Of a DNA stretch of 64,000 nucleotides, positions 59,203-64,000 are shown in pieces. This stretch comes from an uncultured Alphaproteobacteria bacterium (lineage in GTDB: Bacteria; Pseudomonadota; Alphaproteobacteria; Rs-D84), in NCBI GenBank assembly GCA_944392815.1, contig CALXXY010000002.1, positions 32,001 through 96,000 on the forward strand. The letters are read 5' to 3'. The position numbers were made by a program, and so were the translations under genes. Within the stretch, counting starts at the first letter, position 1. Every line of letters begins with the position of its first letter. Below the pieces are notes generated by a model, which worked only from the letters and a program-made list of their open reading frames with translations, did no database searches and was not told where the DNA came from.

Positions 59203-59340
59203 TTTCTCTCTCCTTTGTTAGGGTTGTTATAAATTAAATGTTTCATGTCAACACTGTGATTTTATCAAAGAAACTCGGAACTTTACACAGGCATGAATCC
59301 CTATTTGCCGCGCCCCAACCGGCCGCCAGAATAAATGCCC

Positions 59341-59368
59341 TTGCATTCGGTTAAAAAAGTTCTATAAT
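59341..59368 (+). promoter_or_regulatory. Putative sigma70 promoter of tRNA-Lys
   Basis: TTGCAT-N16-TATAAT, 26 bp upstream of the tRNA. Confidence 0.6.
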
Positions 59369-59394
59369 TGGCGCATTCTGAAACAAAAGGACCC

Positions 59395-59470
59395 GGGTGC
59401 ATAGCTCAGTTGGTAGAGCAACTGACTCTTAATCAGTGGGTCCAGGGTTCGAGTCCCTGTGCGCCCACCA
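59395..59470 (+). tRNA. tRNA-Lys (CTT)
   Basis: GGGTGCATAGCTCAGTTGGTAGAGC...CTCTTAA...GGTTCGAGTCC...CCCACCA; 76 nt. Confidence 0.98.
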
Positions 59471-59605
59471 CAAAATTTCGTTAACGAACGAAGTGAGTTT
59501 AAGAAATTTTAGTGCCACACGAAGCATTCCGCGAAGTGTGGCTTTTATTTACAAAAAACGGCTGCATGTGCATAAATTCCTGCACATACAGCCGTTTGAA
59601 ACAAT

Positions 59606-60904
59606 CTATTTTTTCAAATATGATGCGGGATTATATGCCTTGGTTCCCTTGCGAATTTCAAAGTGCAATTGCGGTTCGTCAACCTTGCCCGTTTCACCAA
59701 CAGTACCAATTTTCTGACCTACGCTAACCTTGGCCCCGCGACGTACAGTCATGGAATCCAAATGCGCATACACAGTCATCCAACCGCCCGAATGCTGGAT
59801 AATAATCAAATTTCCCATACCTTTGACCTCGTTCCCGGCATAGGCCACAACCCCATTTTCCGCCGCACCCACGGCCGTGCCACGCGCCGCGGCAATATTA
59901 ATACCATCGTTAAACAACCCGTCACCCTTGGCACCATACGCGGACAGTATTTTCCCCTGAACAGGCCACGAAAACTTGGACGACGACCGCGCACTGATGG
60001 TCGGCAATTTTTTCGTTGGATCCGATGAAATCTTTTGTTTAACGGGTCCAGTCGCCGCACCACTGGCCGTGGTTGTTGCGCCCGTTGTGACGGTACTGCG
60101 CACCGGCGCAGAATCCAGGTTTGGAACCTTTAATTTCTGGCCAACAGACAATGTAAACGGCGCGGTCAAATTATTCATAACCGCCAAATCATTCACAGGC
60201 ACCGAATATTTACGCGACAATGAATACAATGTATCACCCGCCGCAACGGTTATTTCCTGTAATGCGACGCGGGTGGTTGTGGTTGCCCGCGCAGGCACCG
60301 ATATCGTTTGCACGACTGGGGCCTCTTTCTGAACAGGCACACGCAATTTTTGCCCGACCGCCAACGTATACGGCGCGACCAGATTATTTTCACGAATTAA
60401 TTCATCAACCGTCGTGCCATACATCTGGGCCAACGAATACAAAGTATCACCCGCCGCCACAGTTATTTCAGACGTTGACGCCACCATTTGGGTTCCGCCA
60501 TACATTGGCACATGCAGGTATTCATTCCCTGCGTCCGCCACCGCCACATCACCGGACACAATCGGAGCCCCTGTATCCACAGACACACTGTGCGTCGGCA
60601 CATCGCCATACATCACCGTCGCAGACGGCGGCACAATATAATCATTAACACTGGCGTATTCGACATAACTTGCATCATCAACCGAACCGTATAAATTCGG
60701 CGACGCATACACACCATAGTCAGTCGAAGCAGCATTATAAATTTCTGGTTGGGTTTCCGGATCTGCCAATAATGCCGGATATCGCGACGAAATAAATTCA
60801 CCCACAGTATCAGGCAACGCCAAAATTTTTGGTTGCAAATCACACGCTGTCACAACCAGCGCACACACCCCAGCAAGATATAAATTGAATTTTTTCACAC
60901 GCAC
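59606..60904 (-). CDS. LysM + M23 peptidase-domain lipoprotein (NlpD/DipM-like)
   Basis: Lipobox VTAC; two V.AGDTLYSL LysM repeats; FSWPV.G; NDGINI (no first Zn His, as in NlpD); YAH; LHFEIR. Confidence 0.9.
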   Translation of the reverse strand: MRVKKFNLYLAGVCALVVTACDLQPKILALPDTVGEFISSRYPALLADPETQPEIYNAASTDYGVYASPNLYGSVDDASYVEYASVNDYIVPPSATVMYGDVPTHSVSVDTGAPIVSGDVAVADAGNEYLHVPMYGGTQMVASTSEITVAAGDTLYSLAQMYGTTVDELIRENNLVAPYTLAVGQKLRVPVQKEAPVVQTISVPARATTTTRVALQEITVAAGDTLYSLSRKYSVPVNDLAVMNNLTAPFTLSVGQKLKVPNLDSAPVRSTVTTGATTTASGAATGPVKQKISSDPTKKLPTISARSSSKFSWPVQGKILSAYGAKGDGLFNDGINIAAARGTAVGAAENGVVAYAGNEVKGMGNLIIIQHSGGWMTVYAHLDSMTVRRGAKVSVGQKIGTVGETGKVDEPQLHFEIRKGTKAYNPASYLKK

Positions 60905-60930
60905 ATTATATCATAAAACAAAAACAAATT

Positions 60931-61656
60931 TTATTTATTTTCGTCATCGTGCATAAATAAAATACTTATTTCGAACAAAGCCCACATTGGCAACGCCAAC
61001 AATATTTGCGACACCACATCTGGCGGCGTTAAAATCGCGGCCACAGTCACTATCAACACGATAATATATCTGCGCATTTTTACTGCACGTGCCCGCGACA
61101 AAATCCCCACCCTGTTCAGCAACACCAACACCAAAGGCAATTGGAATGCGATTCCGAATACTTTCAACATACCAATTGAAAACGCCAAATAATCCGTTGC
61201 GGCCGGCAACAAAACCGATGGCACAGGCGAATTTTGATTCAGTTCGATAAAAAATCCGAACACAAACGGAAACAAAATATAAAATGCAAACGCGGCCCCC
61301 AACAAAAACAATATTGGCGACGCAATCAAAATCGGCCACATAATATTACGTTCACGCCTGTGCAGGCCGGGCGCAACATATCGCCATATCTGCCACAGCG
61401 CAAACGGTGTTGTAATAAATATCCCAAACAACACAGACAACGAAAAACGAATCATTAACCCATCGGCCAACCCGGTATACAGCAACGCCCCGTCCGGCCA
61501 AACATGCAACAACGGTCCTGCTAATAATTCCTGTAAATATGGGGACACATACCACCCCGCGCACAACGCCACAATAAACACCAGCAACGTCCACAATATG
61601 CGTCCGCGCAATTCAGCAAAATGTTGCCCCATGGTCATACGGGTGACACGTTTCAT
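60931..61656 (-). CDS. tatC: Twin-arginine translocase TatC
   Basis: H..ELR.R, QIW.Y.APGL...E, FG.AFQLP, AAILTPPD..SQ, LFE. Confidence 0.96.
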   Translation of the reverse strand: MKRVTRMTMGQHFAELRGRILWTLLVFIVALCAGWYVSPYLQELLAGPLLHVWPDGALLYTGLADGLMIRFSLSVLFGIFITTPFALWQIWRYVAPGLHRRERNIMWPILIASPILFLLGAAFAFYILFPFVFGFFIELNQNSPVPSVLLPAATDYLAFSIGMLKVFGIAFQLPLVLVLLNRVGILSRARAVKMRRYIIVLIVTVAAILTPPDVVSQILLALPMWALFEISILFMHDDENK

Positions 61657-61988
61657 TTTTTTGCCCCCCGCGATTTTTTAACAGGCGCCCGTTTACGTGT
61701 AATTACGCGCGAAGGCGCACTTTTGCCTTGCCGTGCATTTTTCAGCGGTTCTGATATACCGTCCAGCATATCTGTGGTGGTGGTACGAATTAAATCATCA
61801 ATTGGTTTTTCCAAATCTATTTGATGCCGAATTTGTTCAGACGCATCAGTGATTTTCCACATCATTTTGCGTACAAACGTGACGACATTGGCCAAAAATC
61901 TGGCAACATCAGGCCACATTCGCGCGGGTATCACCAACACGCCAACCAATAAAATCACCAAAAATTCAGGCCAACTGATTCCAAACAT
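61653..61988 (-). CDS. tatB: Twin-arginine translocase TatB
   Basis: MFGISW.E..VI.....LV.....P..AR; directly upstream of tatC. Confidence 0.85.
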   Translation of the reverse strand: MFGISWPEFLVILLVGVLVIPARMWPDVARFLANVVTFVRKMMWKITDASEQIRHQIDLEKPIDDLIRTTTTDMLDGISEPLKNARQGKSAPSRVITRKRAPVKKSRGAKK

Positions 61989-61990
61989 AT

Positions 61991-62608
61991 TTAATCATAA
62001 AATGCGTCGCCACCACTGGTACTGACTGTTCTGTGACGTTGAATTTGAAAATAATCGGACGCGAAATTTGTTTTGGGTGTCAAATCATAAAACGCAACAT
62101 TTGTTTGTGCCCCCGTTGCATCAATCACAGTCCACGAATTTAATTTCACAGGCGATTTATCAAACACAACCGTCATATTTCCCAATCCCTCTTGGCCCCG
62201 CAGATTCATTTTCAACGAAAACGTTTTATCCATATCCGCGGTTTCAATAACGTTAATATCTGCATTTTCCAAATCGATATTTTCACGAATTAATATCCCG
62301 GCCGGTGTACTGGTTAACGGCACAGTCGTAATTTGATCCAACGATTTATCAAAAAAATACAAATCACTGCCGTCTGCAATTAATTGCACAGGCATATCAT
62401 CATAATCCAACCGCACACGCCCAGGCCGCAGCATAGAAAACGTTCCGCGATTTTGTTTGCCATTTGCATTTTGCACAAACGTACCATTTAACCCAGTAAT
62501 CGAATTCAAATAATTTTCAGCCGACGCCACCAATCCCCCGTCCACAGCGGCATGCGCCACACCGCACACACACAAACACATGATAAAAGACAATATACGT
62601 TTTATCAT
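61991..62608 (-). CDS. lolA: Outer-membrane lipoprotein carrier LolA
   Basis: Signal peptide; F.Q......G.F...RPG.VR.DY, LIADG, PL..TP..IL. Confidence 0.88.
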   Translation of the reverse strand: MIKRILSFIMCLCVCGVAHAAVDGGLVASAENYLNSITGLNGTFVQNANGKQNRGTFSMLRPGRVRLDYDDMPVQLIADGSDLYFFDKSLDQITTVPLTSTPAGILIRENIDLENADINVIETADMDKTFSLKMNLRGQEGLGNMTVVFDKSPVKLNSWTVIDATGAQTNVAFYDLTPKTNFASDYFQIQRHRTVSTSGGDAFYD

Positions 62609-63561
62609 TTTAATCTCTCCCTGAATAATTCCAAAACGTGCGCGCGCACGCGTTCAATATTATCATGCACAATTGCGCCCGCGGCGAACGCATGCCCCCC
62701 GCCCCCCAACGCAGCCGCGATATCGTCCACAGGTCCCGCCTTGCTGCGCAAAGAAACACCGGTTTGATTTTCCTTTTGCCGCTTTAATAAAACAATATAT
62801 TCGACGCCCTTTATCTGGGCCAACAACGACAGTATTATTTCACCCCGCCCGTCCAGATATTTGTATTCTGTGGCCTCGACAGTGGCCAACGCCAACCGCC
62901 CACGATAAAAAAATTCGGTACGTGATGTAATTGCTGCCTCGGTCAATACTGACTTGCGCGGTTTGTTATTTAATAAATTGGAAATGCGTTCTATGTCGAC
63001 GCCGGCATCAACCAACTGTGCCATTATGCGCAGCGGCGCGCCACGACGTGCATATTTAAAATACCCGGTATCAGTTAAAATCGATAACGCAATTAAATCA
63101 TTCACATCAGAATTTCGCGACCAATTTAATTTTTTCGCAATATTAAAAATTATTTCCCCAGTCGCGGCGGCCGACACATCATTCAAACACAAATCCCCAA
63201 CAGTGTCGTCATTTTTGTGGTGATCAATTTCTATAACATACTTGGCGGCATTTAATGCCGGCATTATTCCGCCCAAATGATTTTTATTCCCATAATCCAA
63301 CACGAACACCAGGTCAAATTTCTGATTCAAATCCACATGTGCAAAATAATGCATCTGATTTCGCAACGGCACGTTATCCAGCATATCGGGCATATTTCCA
63401 TCATACACACACAACACATCGCGCCCCAAATTAACGCGAATCAATTCGCCCAACGCCAGTACAGAACACAACGAATCGCCATCTGGGTTTTTATGCCCAG
63501 CAATTAAAATATTTTTTGCGCCCCGCAATTTTTTGACCAAAATATCCAGTTTATTTTCCAA
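62605..63561 (-). CDS. nrnA: DHH/DHHA1 phosphoesterase (NrnA-like nanoRNase)
   Basis: H.NPDGD, IDHH, TDTG.F, SLRS, GGGH..AAG. Confidence 0.88.
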   Translation of the reverse strand: MENKLDILVKKLRGAKNILIAGHKNPDGDSLCSVLALGELIRVNLGRDVLCVYDGNMPDMLDNVPLRNQMHYFAHVDLNQKFDLVFVLDYGNKNHLGGIMPALNAAKYVIEIDHHKNDDTVGDLCLNDVSAAATGEIIFNIAKKLNWSRNSDVNDLIALSILTDTGYFKYARRGAPLRIMAQLVDAGVDIERISNLLNNKPRKSVLTEAAITSRTEFFYRGRLALATVEATEYKYLDGRGEIILSLLAQIKGVEYIVLLKRQKENQTGVSLRSKAGPVDDIAAALGGGGHAFAAGAIVHDNIERVRAHVLELFRERLK

Positions 63562-63575
63562 TTTCTATATTTTTG

Positions 63576-64000
63576 CTATACAGCAATATCCTCTATAAAA
63601 AACTGTGCACTGACATGCCCGTTAAAATCGTTTTCTTTTAATTTACCCAACATCATTATTTTAGTGTTTGTATGCGCGTCGTCCAGCAAAAAATCGCCGA
63701 CGGGCGTCCCGACTAAATTAAATCCAACAAATGCCAATTGTGTACCGGCACTGGTCATCACAGACCCACGCAAATGCGCGCCATGCCCCATGGTTGTGGC
63801 GAAACGCAACGTCGCCCCATGCAATATTAATGTGGGTTCAGGATTGCCCTGGCCAAACGGTTCCAGTCCATTTAATTTGTTGATTAATTTTAACGTTGCC
63901 CCACCCGCGTCCATTTCTGCATCGGCAACAATTTCCTTGTGCGGGATAACGCCGTTCAATTGTGCACGCACGGCCTGTTCCAAAAATTCACAAAAACGCG
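63576..64000 (-). CDS. recJ: ssDNA exonuclease RecJ, C-terminal part (partial)
   Basis: LEPFGQGNPEP, HL and N.FNG....Q..I.D; frame open to the window end. Confidence 0.9.
   Translation of the reverse strand, partial: RFCEFLEQAVRAQLNGVIPHKEIVADAEMDAGGATLKLINKLNGLEPFGQGNPEPTLILHGATLRFATTMGHGAHLRGSVMTSAGTQLAFVGFNLVGTPVGDFLLDDAHTNTKIMMLGKLKENDFNGHVSAQFFIEDIAV

Overview
This window looks like core chromosome from a small-genome alphaproteobacterium. The gene set (ftsE-ftsX-DUF218-plsC, uvrC-pgsA, alpha-type parE, tatBC) and the many lineage-specific orphans suggest an uncultured host/gut-associated lineage, but that is inference. By eye the + strand is C/A-rich throughout with no skew switch. Housekeeping genes: lepA, rbfA, pal, ftsEX, plsC, tolB, fba, efp, ppa, dnaN, rluC, uvrC, pgsA, dnaJ, parE, dnaA, dprA, plsY, rpsT, sufBC, ruvX, gatCAB, miaB, tatBC, lolA, nrnA, recJ (partial), tRNA-Phe(GAA) and tRNA-Lys(CTT). 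The best candidate for an undescribed system is at 5.8-15.1 kb: four tandem signal-peptide genes built from shuffled phage tail-fibre-like modules. They share N- and C-terminal signatures, have no autotransporter anchor and no phage context, and follow a small outer-membrane beta-barrel gene. Other notable items: (i) a GIY-YIG nuclease inside TGTCATT-tagged palindromic repeats, with a related gene-less repeat cluster at 42.6-43.2 kb; (ii) three apparent pseudo-enzymes, namely an integrase-like protein lacking the catalytic Arg/Lys (missed by the ORF track), a DnaA lacking the arginine finger and sensor II, and a Cu/Zn-SOD-fold lipoprotein lacking most metal ligands; (iii) three tandem Cys4 paralogs; (iv) a 12-bp-period operator-like array in front of a ribbon-helix-helix + DinD-like gene pair; (v) scattered type IVb pilus genes (pilin with Arg at +1) and an orphan VirB2-like pilin. 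All protein calls come from motif recognition by eye; no searches were run.
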